Positions 10,703 through 25,700 of a stretch of DNA of 64,000 nucleotides are shown piece after piece. Made by a program: the position numbers and the translations under genes. The number at the start of each line of letters is the position of its first letter. The first letter of the stretch is position 1. The stretch spans positions 222,394,001 to 222,458,000 of the forward strand of contig OZ024743.1 of NCBI GenBank assembly GCA_964016885.1, in the 5' to 3' direction. The DNA is from Eledone cirrhosa. Taxonomy: Eukaryota. A model generated the notes under the pieces. The model saw nothing but the letters and a program-made list of their open reading frames with translations, searched no databases and was not told the origin of the DNA.

Positions 10703-13700
10703 GATGTTAACTGGATGGTTGGTTGGTTGTGTAAGAGATGTTAACTGGATGGTTGGTTGGTTGTGTAAGAGATGTTAACTGGATGGTTGGTTGGTTGTGT
10801 AAGAGATGTTAACTGGATGGTTGGTTGGTTGTGTAAGAGATGTTAACTGGATGGTTGGTTGGTTGTGTAATAGATGTTAACTGGATGGTTGGTTAGTTGT
10901 GTTAGAGATGTTAACTGGATGGTTGGTTGGTTGTGTAAGAGATGTTAACTGGATGGTTGGCTGGTTGTGTTAGAGATGTTAACTGGATGGTTGGCTGGTT
11001 GTGTTAGAGATGTTAACTGGGTGGTTGGTTGGTTGGCTGGTTGTGTAAGAGATGTTAACTGGATGGTTGGTTGGTTGTGTAAGAGATGTTAACTGGATGG
11101 TTGGCTGGTTGTGTTAGAGATGTTAACTGGGTGGTTGGTTGGTTGGTTGTGTAAGGGATGTTAACTGGATGGTTGGTTGGTTGTGTAAGAGATGTTAACT
11201 GGATGGTTGGTTGGTTGTGTAAGAGATGTTAACTGGATGGTTGGTTGTGTAAGAGATGTTAACTGGATGGTTGGTTGGTTGTGTAAGAGATGTTAACTGG
11301 ATGGTTGGTTGTGTTAGAGATGTTAACTGGATGGTTGGTTGTGTAAGAGATGTTAACTGGATGGTTGGTTGTGTAAGAGATGTTAACTGGATGGTTGGCT
11401 GGTTGTGTTAGAGATGTTAACTGGATGGTTGGTTGGTTGGCTGGTTGTGTAAGGGATGTTAACTGGATGGTCGGTGGTTGTGTAAGAGATGTTAACTGGA
11501 TGGTTGGTTGGTTGTGTAAGAGATGTTAACTGGATGGTTGGTTGGTTGTGTAAGAGATGTTAACTGGATGGTTGGTTGGTTGTGTAAGAGATGTTAACTG
11601 GTTGGTTGGTTGGTTGTGTAAGAGATGTTAACTGGATGGTTGGTTGGTTGGTTGTGTAAGAGATGTTAACTGGATGGTTGGCTGGTTGTGTAAGAGATGT
11701 TAACTGGTTGGTTGGCTGGTTGTGTAAGAGATGTTAACTGGATGGTTGGTTGGTTGGTTGTGTAAGAGATGTTAACTGGATGGTTGGTTGGTTGTGTAAG
11801 AGATGTTAACTGGATGGTTGTTTGGTTGGCTGGTTGTGTAAGAGATGTTAACTGGATGGTTGGTTGGTTATGTAAGAGATGTTAACTGGATGGTTGGCTG
11901 GTTGTGTAAGAGATGTTAACTGGATGGTTGGCTGGTTGTGTAAGAGATGTTAACTGGATGGTTGGTTGGTTGTGTAAGAGATGTTAACTGGATGGTTGGT
12001 TGGTTGTGTAAGAGATGTTAACTGGATGGTTGGCTGATTGTGTAAGAGATGTTAACTGGTTGGTTGGCTGGTTGTGTAAGAGATGTTAACTGGATGGTTG
12101 GTTGGTTGGTTGTGTAAGAGATGTTAACTGGATGGTTGGTTGGTTGTGTAAGAGATGTTAACTGGATGGTTGTTTGGTTGGCTGGTTGTGTAAGAGATGT
12201 TAACTGGATGGTTGGTTGGTTATGTAAGAGATGTTAACTGGATGGTTGGCTGGTTGTGTAAGAGATGTTAACTGGATGGTTGGCTGGTTGTGTAAGAGAT
12301 GTTAACTGGATGGTTGGTTGGTTGTGTAAGAGATGTTAACTGGATGGTTGGTTGGTTGTGTAAGAGATGTTAACTGGATGGTTGGCTGATTGTGTAAGAG
12401 ATGTTAACTGGTTGGTTGGCTGGTTGTGTAAGAGATGTTAACTGGATGGTTGGCTGGTTATGTAAGAGATGTTAACTAGATGGTTGGCTGGTTGTGTAAG
12501 AGATGTTAACTGGATGGTTGGTTGGTTGTGTAAGAGATGTTAACTGGATGGTTGGTTGGTTGTGTAAGAGATGTTAACTGGATGGTTGTTTGGTTGTGTA
12601 AGAGATGTTAACTGGATGGTTGGTTGGTTGTATAAGAGATGTTAACTGGATGGTTGGCTGGTTGTGTAAGGGATGTGAACTGGATGGTTGGTTGATTGTG
12701 TAAGAGATGTTAACTGGATGTTTGGCTGGTTGTGTAAGAGATGTTAACTGGATGGTTGGTTGATTGTGTAAGAGATGTTAACTGGATGGTTGGTTGGTTG
12801 TGTAAGAGATGTTAAATGGATGGTTGGTTGATTGTGTAAGAGATGTTAACTGGATGGTTGGTTGTGTAAGAAATGTTAACTGGATGGTTGGTTGGTTGTG
12901 TAAGAGATGTTAACTGGATGGTTGTTTGGTTGGCTGGTTGTGTAAGAGATGTTAACTGGATGGTTGGTTGGTTGTATAAGAGATGTTAACTGGATGGTTT
13001 GTTGGTTGTGTAAGAGATGTTAACTGGATGGTTGGTTGGTTGTGTTAGAGATGTTAACTGGATGGTTGGCTGGTTGTGTAAGAGATGTTAACTGGATGGT
13101 TGGCTGGTTGTGTTAGAGATGTTAACTGGATGGTTGGCTGGTTGTGTTAGAGATGTTAACTGGGTGGTTGGTTGGTTGGCTGGTTGTGTAAGAGATGTTA
13201 ACTGGATGGTTGGTTGGTTGTGTAAGAGATGTTAACTGGATGGTTGGTTGTGTAAGAGATGTTAACTGGATGGTTGGTTGTGTAAGAGATGTTAACTGGA
13301 TGGTTGGTTGTGTAAGAGATGTTAACTGGATGGTTGGCTGGTTGTGTAAGAGATGTTAACTGGATGGTTGGTTGGTTGTGTAAGAGATGTTAACTGGCTG
13401 GTTGGCTGGTTGTGTAAGAGATGTTAACTGGATGGTTGGCTGGCTGTGTAAGAGATGTTAACTGGATGGTTGGTTGGTTGGTTGTGTAAGAGATGTTAAC
13501 TGGATGGTTGGTTGGTTGTGTAAGAGATGTTAACTGGATGGTTGGCTGGTTGTGTTAGAGATGTTAACTGGATGGTTGGTTGGTTGGCTGGTTGTGTAAG
13601 GGATGTTAACTGGATGGTTGGTTGGTTGTGTAAGAGATGTTAACTGGATGGTTGGCTGGTTGTGTTAGAGATGTTAACTGGATGGTTGGTTGGTTGGCTG

Positions 13701-16700
13701 GTTGTGTAAGGGATGTTAACTGGATGGTTGGTTGGTTGTGTAAGAGATGTTAACTGGATGGTTGGTTGTGTAAGAGATGTTAACTGGATGGTTGGTTGTT
13801 TGTGTAAGAGATGTTAACTGGATGGTTGGTTGTGTAAGAGATGTTAACTGGATGGTTGGTTGGTTGTGTAAGAGATGTTAACTGGATGGTTGGTTGGTTG
13901 TGTAAGAGCTGTTAACTGGATGGTTGGCTGGTTGTGTTAGAGATGTTAACTGGATGGTTGGTTGGTTGGCTGGTTATGTAAGGGATGTTAACTGGATGGT
14001 TGGTTGGTTGTGTAAGAGATGTTAACTGGATGGTTGGTTGGTTGTGTAAGAGATGTTAACTGGATGGTTGGTTGGTTGTGTAAGAGATGTTAACTGGATG
14101 GTTGGCTGGTTGTGTAAGGGATGTTAACTGGATGGTTGGTTGGTTGTGTAAGAGATGTTAACTGGATGGTTGGTTGGTTGTGTAAGAGATGTTAACTGGA
14201 TGGTTGGTTGGTTGTGTAAGAGATGTTAACTGGATGGTTGGCTGGTTGTGTTAGAGATGTTAACTGGAAAGTTGGCTGGTTGTGTAAGGGATGTTAACTG
14301 GATGGTTGGTTGGTTGTGTAAGAGATGTTAACTGGATGGTTGGTTGGTTGTGTAAGAGATGTTAACTGGATGGTTGGTTGGTTGTGTAAGAGATGTTAAC
14401 TGGATGGTTGGTTGGTTGTGTAAGAGATGTTAACTGGATGGTTGGCTGGTTGGTTGTGTAAGAGATGTTAACTGGATGGTTGGTTGGTTGTGTAAGAGAT
14501 GATAACTGGATGGTTGGTTGGTTGTGTAAGAGATGATAACTGGATGGTTGGTTGGTTGGCTGGTTGTGTAAGAGATGTTAACTGGATGGTTGGTTGGTTG
14601 TGTAAGAGATGATAACTGGATGGTTGGTTGGTTGTGTAAGAGATGTTAACTGGATGGTTGGTTGGTTGTGTAAGAGATGTTAACTGGATGGTTGGTTGGT
14701 TGGTTGGTTGTGTAAGAGATGTTAACTGGATGGTTGGTTGGTTGTGTAAGAGATGATAACTGGATGGTTGGTTGGTTGTGTAAGAGATGTTAACTGGATG
14801 GTTGGTTGGTTGTGTAAGAGATGTTAACTGGATGGTTGGTTGGTTGTGTAAGAGATGATAACTGGATGGTTGGTTGGTTGTGTAAGAGATGTTAACTGGA
14901 TGGTTGGTTGGTTGTGTAAGAGATGTAAACTGGATGGTTGGTTGGCTGGTTGTGTTAGAGATGTTAACTGGATGGTTGGCTGGTTGTGTTAGAGATGTTA
15001 ACTGGATGGTTGGCTGGTTGTGTTAGAGATGTTAACTGGATGGTTGGTTAGTTGTGTAAGAGATGTTAACTGGATGGTTGGTTGGCTGGTTGTGTTAGAG
15101 ATGTTAACTGGATGGTTGGCTGGTTGTGTTAGAGATGTTAACTGGATGGTTGGCTGGTTGTGTTAGAGATGTTAACTGGGTGGTTGGTTGGTTGGTTGTG
15201 TAAGGGATGTTAACTGGATGGTTGGTTGGTTGTGTAAGAGATGTTAACTGGATGGTTGGTTGGTTGGCTGGTTGTGTAAGAGATGTTAACTGGATGGTTG
15301 GTTGGTTATGTAAGAGATGTTAACTGGATGGTTGGTTGGTTGTGTAAGAGATGTTAACTGGATGGTTGGGTGGTTGTGTTAGAGATGTTAACTGGATGGT
15401 TGGCTGGTTGTGTTAGAGATGTTAACTGGGTGGTTGGTTGGTTGGCTGGTTGTGTAAGAGATGTTAACTGGATGGTTGGCTGGTTGTGTAAGAGATGTTA
15501 ACTGGTTGGTTGGCTGGTTGTGTAAGAGATGTTAACTGGATGGTTGGCTGGTTGTGTAAGAGATGTTAACTGGATGGTTGGCTGGTTGTGTAAGAGATGT
15601 TAACAGGATGGTTGGCTGGTTGTGTAAGAGATGTTAACTGGATGGTTGGCTGGTTGTGTAAGAGATGTTAACTGGATGGTTGGCTGGTTGTGTAAGAGAT
15701 GTTAACTGGTTGGTTGGCTGGTTGTGTAAGAGATGTTAACTGGATGGTTGGCTGGTTGTGTAAGAGATGTTAACTGGATGGTTGGCTGGTTGTGTAAGAG
15801 ATGTTAACTGGATGGTTGGCTGGTTGTGTAAGAGATGTTAACTGGATGGTTGGCTGGTTGTGTAAGAGATGTTAACTGGATGGTTGGCTGGTTGTGTTAG
15901 AGATGTTAACTGGATGGTTGGCTGGTTGTGTTAGAGATGTTAACTGGATGGTTGGCTGGTTGTGTTAGAGATGTTAACTGGTTGGTTGGCTGGTTGTGTA
16001 AGAGATGTTAACTGGATGGTTGGCTGGTTGTGTAAGAGATGTTAACTGGATGGTTGGCTGGTTGTGTAAGAGATGTTAACTGGATGGTTGGCTGGTTGTG
16101 TAAGAGATGTTAACTGGATGGTTGGTTGGTTGTGTAAGAGATGTTAACTGGATGGTTGGCTGGTTGTGTAAGAGATGTTAACTGGATGGTTGGTTGTGTA
16201 AGAGATGTAAACTGGATGGTTGGTTGGCTGGTTGTGTAAGGGATGTGAACTGGATGGTTGGTTGGTTGTGTAAGAGATGTTAACTGGATGGTTGGCTGGT
16301 TGTGTAAGAGATGTTAACTGGATGGTTGGCTGGTTGTGTAAGAGATGTTAACTGGATGGTTGGTTGGTTGTGTAAGAGATGTTAACTGGATGGTTGGCTG
16401 GTTGTGTAAGAGATGTTAACTGGATGGTTGGTTGGTTGTGTAAGAGATGTTAACTGGATGGTTGGCTGGTTGTGTAAGAGATGTTAACTGGATGGTTGGT
16501 TGGCTGGTTGTGTAAGGGATGTGAACTGGATGGTTGGTTGTGTAAGAGATGTTAACTGGATGGTTGGGTGGTTGTGTAAGAGATGTTAACTGGATGGTTG
16601 GTTGGTTGTGTAAGAGATGTTAACTGGATGGTTGGTTGGTTGTGTAAGAGATGTTAACTGGATGGTTGGTTGGTTGTGTAAGAGATGTTAACTGGATGGT

Positions 16701-19700
16701 TGGCTGATTGTGTAAGAGATGTTAACTGGTTGGTTGGCTGGTTGTGTAAGAGATGTTAACTGGATGGTTGGCTGGTTATGTAAGAGATGTTAACTAGATG
16801 GTTGGCTGGTTGTGTAAGAGATGTTAACTGGATGGTTGGTTGGTTGTGTAAGAGATGTTAACTGGATGGTTGGTTGGTTGTGTAAGAGATGTTAACTGGA
16901 TGGTTGTTTGGTTGGCTGGTTGTGTAAGAGATGTTAACTGGATGGTTGTTTGGTTGTATAAGAGATGTTAACTGGATGGTTGGCTGGTTGTGTAAGGGAT
17001 GTGAACTGGATGGTTGGTTGATTGTGTAAGAGATGTTAACTGGATGTTTGGCTGGTTGTGTAAGAGATGTTAACTGGATGGTTGGTTGATTGTGTAAGAG
17101 ATGTTAACTGGATGGTTGGTTGGTTGTGTAAGAGATGTTAAATGGATGGTTGGTTGATTGTGTAAGAGATGTTAACTGGATGGTTGGTTGTGTAAGAAAT
17201 GTTAACTGGATGGTTGGTTGGTTGTGTAAGAGATGTTAACTGGATGGTTGTTTGGTTGGCTGGTTGTGTAAGAGATGTTAACTGGATGGTTGGTTGGTTG
17301 TATAAGAGATGTTAACTGGATGGTTTGTTGGTTGTGTAAGAGATGTTAACTGGATGGTTGGTTGGTTGTGTTAGAGATGTTAACTGGATGGTTGGCTGGT
17401 TGTGTAAGAGATGTTAACTGGATGGTTGGCTGGTTGTGTTAGAGATGTTAACTGGATGGTTGGCTGGTTGTGTTAGAGATGTTAACTGGGTGGTTGGTTG
17501 GTTGGCTGGTTGTGTAAGAGATGTTAACTGGATGGTTGGTTGGTTGTGTAAGAGATGTTAACTGGATGGTTGGTTGTGTAAGAGATGTTAACTGGATGGT
17601 TGGTTGTGTAAGAGATGTTAACTGGATGGTTGGTTGTGTAAGAGATGTTAACTGGATGGTTGGTTGTGTAAGAGATGTTAACTGGATGGTTGGCTGGTTG
17701 TGTAAGAGATGTTAACTGGATGGTTGGTTGGTTGTGTAAGAGATGTTAACTGGATGGTTGGCTGGTTGTGTAAGAGATGTTAACTGGATGGTTGGCTGGC
17801 TGTGTAAGAGATGTTAACTGGATGGTTGGTTGGTTGGTTGTGTAAGAGATGTTAACTGGATGGTTGGTTGGTTGTGTAAGAGATGTTAACTGGATGGTTG
17901 GCTGGTTGTGTTAGAGATGTTAACTGGATGGTTGGTTGGTTGGCTGGTTGTGTAAGGGACGTTAACTGGATGGTTGGTTGGTTGTGTAAGAGATGTTAAC
18001 TGGATGGTTGGCTGGTTGTGTTAGAGATGTTAACTGGATGGTTGGTTGGTTGGCTGGTTGTGTAAGGGATGTTAACTGGATGGTTGGTTGGTTGTGTAAG
18101 AGATGTTAACTGGATGGTTGGTTGTTTGTGTAAGAGATGTTAACTGGATGGTTGGTTGTGTAAGAGATGTTAACTGGATGGTTGGTTGGTTGTGTAAGAG
18201 ATGTTAACTGGATGGTTGGTTGGTTGTGTAAGAGCTGTTAACTGGATGGTTGGCTGGTTGTGTTAGAGATGTTAACTGGATGGTTGGTTGGTTGTGTAAG
18301 AGATGTTAACTGGATGGTTGGTTGGTTGTGTAAGAGATGTTAACTGGATGGTTGGCTGGTTGTGTAAGGGATGTTAACTGGATGGTTGGTTGGTTGTGTA
18401 AGAGATGTTAACTGGATGGTTGGTTGGTTGTGTAAGAGATGTTAACTGGATGGTTGGTTGGTTGTGTAAGAGATGTTAACTGGATGGTTGGCTGGTTGTG
18501 TTAGAGATGTTAACTGGAAAGTTGGCTGGTTGTGTAAGGGATGTTAACTGGATGGTTGGTTGGTTGTGTAAGAGATGTTAACTGGATGGTTGGTTGGTTG
18601 TGTAAGAGATGTTAACTGGATGGTTGGTTGGTTGTGTAAGAGATGTTAACTGGATGGTTGGTTGGTTGTGTAAGAGATGTTAACTGGATGGTTGGCTGGT
18701 TGGTTGTGTAAGAGATGTTAACTGGATGGTTGGTTGGTTGTGTAAGAGATGATAACTGGATGGTTGGTTGGTTGTGTAAGAGATGATAACTGGATGGTTG
18801 GTTGGTTGGCTGGTTGTGTAAGAGATGTTAACTGGATGGTTGGTTGGTTGTGTAAGAGATGATAACTGGATGGTTGGTTGGTTGTGTAAGAGATGTTAAC
18901 TGGATGGTTGGTTGGTTGTGTAAGAGATGTTAACTGGATGGTTGGTTGGTTGGTTGTGTAAGAGATGTTAACTGGATGGTTGGTTGGTTGTGTAAGAGAT
19001 GATAACTGGATGGTTGGTTGGTTGTGTAAGAGATGTTAACTGGATGGTTGGTTGGTTGTGTAAGAGATGTTAACTGGATGGTTGGTTGGTTGTGTAAGAG
19101 ATGATAACTGGATGGTTGGTTGGTTGTGTAAGAGATGTTAACTGGATGGTTGGTTGGTTGTGTAAGAGATGTAAACTGGATGGTTGGTTGGCTGGTTGTG
19201 TTAGAGATGTTAACTGGATGGTTGGCTGGTTGTGTTAGAGATGTTAACTGGATGGTTGGCTGGTTGTGTTAGAGATGTTAACTGGATGGTTGGTTAGTTG
19301 TGTAAGAGATGTTAACTGGATGGTTGGTTGGCTGGATGTGTTAGAGATGTTAACTGGATGGTTGGCTGGTTGTGTTAGAGATGTTAACTGGATGGTTGGC
19401 TGGTTGTGTTAGAGATGTTAACTGGATGGTTGGCTGGTTGTGTTAGAGATGTTAACTGGATGGTCGGTGGTTGTGTAAGAGATGTTAACTGGATGGTTGG
19501 TTGGTTGTGTAAGAGATGTTAACTGGATGGTTGGTTGGTTGGCTGGTTGTGTAAGAGATGTTAACTGGATGGTTGGTTGGTTATGTAAGAGATGTTAACT
19601 GGATGGTTGGTTGGTTGTGTAAGAGATGTTAACTGGATGGTTGGGTGGTTGTGTTAGAGATGTTAACTGGATGGTTGGCTGGTTGTGTTAGAGATGTTAA

Positions 19701-22700
19701 CTGGGTGGTTGGTTGGTTGGCTGGTTGTGTAAGAGATGTTAACTGGATGGTTGGCTGGTTGTGTAAGAGATGTTAACTGGTTGGTTGGCTGGTTGTGTAA
19801 GAGATGTTAACTGGATGGTTGGCTGGTTGTGTAAGAGATGTTAACTGGATGGTTGGCTGGTTGTGTAAGAGATGTTAACTGGATGGTTGGCTGGTTGTGT
19901 AAGAGATGTTAACTGGATGGTTGGCTGGTTGTGTAAGAGATGTTAACTGGATGGTTGGCTGGTTGTGTAAGAGATGTTAACTGGTTGGTTGGCTGGTTGT
20001 GTAAGAGATGTTAACTGGATGGTTGGCTGGTTGTGTAAGAGATGTTAACTGGATGGTTGGCTGGTTGTGTAAGAGATGTTAACTGGTTGGTTGGCTGGTT
20101 GTGTAAGAGATGTTAACTGGATGGTTGGCTGGTTGTGTAAGAGATGTTAACTGGATGGTTGGCTGGTTGTGTAAGAGATGTTAACTGGATGGTTGGCTGG
20201 TTGTGTAAGAGATGTTAACTGGATGGTTGGTTGGTTGTGTAAGAGATGTTAACTGGATGGTTGGCTGGTTGTGTAAGAGATGTTAACTGGTTGGTTGGCT
20301 GGTTGTGTAAGAGATGTTAACTGGATGGTTGGCTGGTTGTGTAAGAGATGTTAACTGGATGGTTGGCTGGTTGTGTAAGAGATGTTAACTGGTTGGTTGG
20401 CTGGTTGTGTAAGAGATGTTAACTGGATGGTTGGCTGGTTGTGTAAGAGATGTTAACTGGATGGTTGGCTGGTTGTGTAAGAGATGTTAACTGGATGGTT
20501 GGTTGTGTAAGAGATGTTAACTGGATGGTTGGTTGGTTGTGTAAGAGATGTTAACTGGATGGTTGGTTGATTGTGTAAGAGATGTTAACTGGATGGTTGG
20601 TTGTGTAAGAGATGTAAACTGGATGGTTGGTTGGCTGGTTGTGTAAGGGATGTGAACTGGATGGTTGGTTGGTTGTGTAAGAGATGTTAACTGGATGGTT
20701 GGCTGGTTGTGTAAGAGATGTTAACTGGATGGTTGGCTGGTTGTGTAAGAGATGTTAACTGGATGGTTGGTTGGTTGTGTAAGAGATGTTAACTGGATGG
20801 TTGGCTGGTTGTGTAAGAGATGTTAACTGGATGGTTGGTTGGTTGTGTAAGAGATGTTAACTGGATGGTTGGCTGGTTGTGTAAGAGATGTTAACTGGAT
20901 GGTTGGTTGGCTGGTTGTGTAAGGGATGTGAACTGGATGGTTGGTTGTGTAAGAGATGTTAACTGGATGGTTGGGTGGTTGTGTAAGAGATGTTAACTGG
21001 ATGGTTGGTTGGTTGTGTAAGAGATGTTAACTGGATGTTTGTTTGGTTGGCTGGTTGTGTAAGAGATGTTAACTGGATGGTTGGTTGATTGTGTAAGAGA
21101 TGTTAACTGGATGGTTGGTTAGTTGTGTAAGAGATGTTAAGTGGATGGTTGGTTGGTTGTGTAAGAGATGTTAACTGGATGGTTGGTTGGCTGGTTGTGT
21201 AAGGGATGTGAACTGGATGGTTGGTTGTGTAAGAGATGTTAACTGGATGGTTGGGTGGTTGTGTAAGAGATGTTAACTGGATGGTTGGTTGGTTGTGTAA
21301 GAGATGTTAACTGGATGTTTGTTTGGTTGGCTGGTTGTGTAAGAGATGTTAACTGGATGGTTGGCTGGTTGTGTAAGAGATGTTAACTGGATGGTTGGTT
21401 GGTTGTGTAAGAGATGTTAACTGGATGGTTGGTTGGTTGTGTAAGAGATGTTAACTGGATGGTTGGTTGTGTAAGAGATGTTAACTGGATGGTTGGTTGG
21501 TTGTGTAAGAGATGTTAACTGGATGGTTGGCTGGTTGTGTAAGAGATGTTAACTGGATGGTTGGCTGGTTGTGTAAGAGATGTTAACTGGATGGTTGGTT
21601 GGTTGTGTAAGAGATGTTAACTGGATGGTTGGCTGGTTGTGTAAGAGATGTTAACTGGATGGTTGGTTGGTTGTGTAAGAGATGTTAACTGGATGGTTGG
21701 CTGGTTGTGTAAGAGATGTTAACTGGATGGTTGGTTGGCTGGTTGTGTAAGGGATGTGAACTGGATGGTTGGTTGTGTAAGAGATGTTAACTGGATGGTT
21801 GGGTGGTTGTGTAAGAGATGTTAACTGGATGGTTGGTTGGTTGTGTAAGAGATGTTAACTGGATGTTTGTTTGGTTGGCTGGTTGTGTAAGAGATGTTAA
21901 CTGGATGGTTGGTTGATTGTGTAAGAGATGTTAACTGGATGGTTGGTTAGTTGTGTAAGAGATGTTAAGTGGATGGTTGGTTGGTTGTGTAAGAGATGTT
22001 AACTGGATGGTTGGTTGGCTGGTTGTGTAAGGGATGTGAACTGGATGGTTGGTTGTGTAAGAGATGTTAACTGGATGGTTGGGTGGTTGTGTAAGAGATG
22101 TTAACTGGATGGTTGGTTGGTTGTGTAAGAGATGTTAACTGGATGTTTGGTTGGTTGGCTGGTTGTGTAAGAGATGTTAACTGGATGGTTGGCTGGTTGT
22201 GTAAGAGATGTTAACTGGATGGTTGGTTGGTTGTGTAAGAGATGTTAACTGGATGGTTGGTTGGTTGTGTAAGAGATGTTAACTGGATGGTTGGTTGTGT
22301 AAGAGATGTTAACTGGATGGTTGGTTGGTTGTGTAAGAGATGTTAACTGGATGGTTGGTTGGTTGTGTAAGAGATGTTAACTGGATGGTTGGCTGGTTGT
22401 GTTAGAGATGTTAACTGGATGGTTGGTTGGTTGGCTGGTTGTGTAAGGGATGTTAACTGGATGGTTGGTTGGTTGTGTAAGAGATGTTAACTGGATGGTT
22501 GGTTGGTTGTGTAAGAGATGTTAACTGGATGGTTGGCTGGTTGTGTTAGAGATGTTAACTGGATGGTTGGTTGGTTGGCTGGTTGTGTAAGGGATGTTAA
22601 CTGGATGGTTGGTTGGTTGTGTAAGAGATGTTAACTGGATGGTTGGTTGGTTGTGTAAGAGATGTTAACTGGATGGTTGGCTGGTTGTGTTAGAGATGTT

Positions 22701-25700
22701 AACTGGATGGTTGGCTGGTTGTGTAAGGGATGTTAACTGGATGGTTGGTTGGTTGTGTAAGAGATGTTAACTGGATGGTTGGTTGGTTGTGTAAGAGATG
22801 TTAACTGGATGGTTGGTTGGTTGTGTAAGAGATGTTAACTGGATGGTTGGTTGGTTGTGTAAGAGATGTTAACTGGATGGTTGGCTGGTTGTGTAAGAGA
22901 TGTTAACTGGATGGTTGGTTGGTTGTGTAAGAGATGATAACTGGATGGTTGGTTGGTTGTGTAAGAGATGTTAACTGGATGGTTGGTTGGCTGGTTGTGT
23001 AAGGGATGTGAACTGGATGGTTGGTTGGTTGTGTAAGAGATGTTAACTGGATGGTTGGTTGGTTGTGTAAGAGATGTTAACTGGATGGTTGTTTGGTTGG
23101 CTGGTTGTATAAGAGATGTTAACTGGATGGTTGGTTGGTTGTGTAAGAGATGTTAACTGGATGGTTGGCTGGTTGTGTTAGAGATGTTAACTGGGTGGTT
23201 GGTTGGTTGGCTGGTTGTGTAAGAGATGTTAACTGGATGGTTGGTTGGTTGTGTAAGAGATGTTAACTGGATGGTTGGCTGGTTGTGTAAGAGATGTTAA
23301 CTGGTTGGTTGGCTGGTTGTGTAAGAAATGTTAACTGGATGGTTGGCTGGTTGTGTAAGAGATGTTAACTGGATGGTTGGCTGGTTGTGTAAGAGATCTT
23401 AACTGGATGGTTGGCTGGTTGTGTTAGAGATGTTAACTGGATGGTTGGCTGGTTGTGTTAGAGATGTTAACTGGATGGTCGGTGGTTGTGTAAGAGATGT
23501 TAACTGGATGGTTGGTTGGTTGTGTAAGAGATGTTAACTGGATGGTTGGTTGGTTGGCTGGTTGTGTAAGAGATGTTAACTGGATGGTTGGTTGGTTATG
23601 TAAGAGATGTTAACTGGATGGTTGGTTGGTTGTGTAAGAGATGTTAACTGGATGGTTGGGTGGTTGTGTTAGAGATGTTAACTGGATGGTTGGCTGGTTG
23701 TGTTAGAGATGTTAACTGGGTGGTTGGTTGGTTGGCTGGTTGTGTAAGAGATGTTAACTGGATGGTTGGCTGGTTGTGTAAGAGATGTTAACTGGTTGGT
23801 TGGCTGGTTGTGTAAGAGATGTTAACTGGATGGTTGGCTGGTTGTGTAAGAGATGTTAACTGGATGGTTGGCTGGTTGTGTAAGAGATGTTAACTGGATG
23901 GTTGGCTGGTTGTGTAAGAGATGTTAACTGGATGGTTGGCTGGTTGTGTAAGAGATGTTAACTGGATGGTTGGTTGGTTGTGTAAGAGATGTTAACTGGA
24001 TGGTTGGCTGGTTGTGTAAGAGATGTTAACTGGATGGTTGGTTGGCTGGTTGTGTAAGGGATGTGAACTGGATGGTTGGTTGTGTAAGAGATGTTAACTG
24101 GATGGTTGGGTGGTTGTGTAAGAGATGTTAACTGGATGGTTGGTTGGTTGTGTAAGAGATGTTAACTGGATGTTTGTTTGGTTGGCTGGTTGTGTAAGAG
24201 ATGTTAACTGGATGGTTGGTTGATTGTGTAAGAGATGTTAACTGGATGGTTGGTTAGTTGTGTAAGAGATGTTAAGTGGATGGTTGGTTGGTTGTGTAAG
24301 AGATGTTAACTGGATGGTTGGTTGGCTGGTTGTGTAAGGGATGTGAACTGGATGGTTGGTTGTGTAAGAGATGTTAACTGGATGGTTGGGTGGTTGTGTA
24401 AGAGATGTTAACTGGATGGTTGGTTGGTTGTGTAAGAGATGTTAACTGGATGTTTGGTTGGTTGGCTGGTTGTGTAAGAGATGTTAACTGGATGGTTGGC
24501 TGGTTGTGTAAGAGATGTTAACTGGATGGTTGGTTGGTTGTGTAAGAGATGTTAACTGGATGGTTGGTTGGTTGTGTAAGAGATGTTAACTGGATGGTTG
24601 GTTGTGTAAGAGATGTTAACTGGATGGTTGGTTGGTTGTGTAAGAGATGTTAACTGGATGGTTGGTTGGTTGTGTAAGAGATGTTAACTGGATGGTTGGC
24701 TGGTTGTGTTAGAGATGTTAACTGGATGGTTGGTTGGTTGGCTGGTTGTGTAAGGGATGTTAACTGGATGGTTGGTTGGTTGTGTAAGAGATGTTAACTG
24801 GATGGTTGGTTGGTTGTGTAAGAGATGTTAACTGGATGGTTGGCTGGTTGTGTTAGAGATGTTAACTGGATGGTTGGTTGGTTGGCTGGTTGTGTAAGGG
24901 ATGTTAACTGGAAGGTTGGCTGGTTGTGTAAGGGATGTTAACTGGATGGTTGGTTGGTTGTGTAAGAGATGTTAACTGGATGGTTGGTTGGTTGTGTAAG
25001 AGATGTTAACTGGATGGTTGGTTGGTTGTGTAAGAGATGTTAACTGGATGGTTGGTTGGTTGTGTAAGAGATGTTAACTGGATGGTTGGCTGGTTGTGTA
25101 AGAGATGTTAACTGGATGGTTGGTTGGTTGTGTAAGAGATGATAACTGGATGGTTGGTTGGTTGTGTAAGAGATGTTAACTGGATGGTTGGTTGGCTGGT
25201 TGTGTAAGGGATGTGAACTGGATGGTTGGTTGTTTGTGTAAGAGATGTTAACTGGATGGTTGGTTGGTTGTGTAAGAGATGTTAACTGGATGGTTGTTTG
25301 GTTGGCTGGTTGTATAAGAGATGTTAACTGGATGGTTGGTTGGTTGTGTAAGAGATGTTAACTGGATGGTTGGCTGGTTGTGTTAGAGATGTTAACTGGG
25401 TGGTTGGTTGGTTGGCTGGTTGTGTAAGAGATGTTAACTGGATGGTTGGTTGGTTGTGTAAGAGATGTTAACTGGATGGTTGGTTGGTTATGTAAGAGAT
25501 GTTAACTGGATGGTTGGTTGGTTGTGTAAGAGATGTTAACTGGATGGTTGGGTGGTTGTGTTAGAGATGTTAACTGGATGGTTGGCTGGTTGTGTTAGAG
25601 ATGTTAACTGGGTGGTTGGTTGGTTGGCTGGTTGTGTAAGAGATGTTAACTGGATGGTTGGCTGGTTGTGTAAGAGATGTTAACTGGTTGGTTGGCTGGT

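Noticed and set aside
17521-17715. 64-aa repeat ORF inside the satellite
   Set aside because: A chance run of 30-bp monomers that keeps one frame open.
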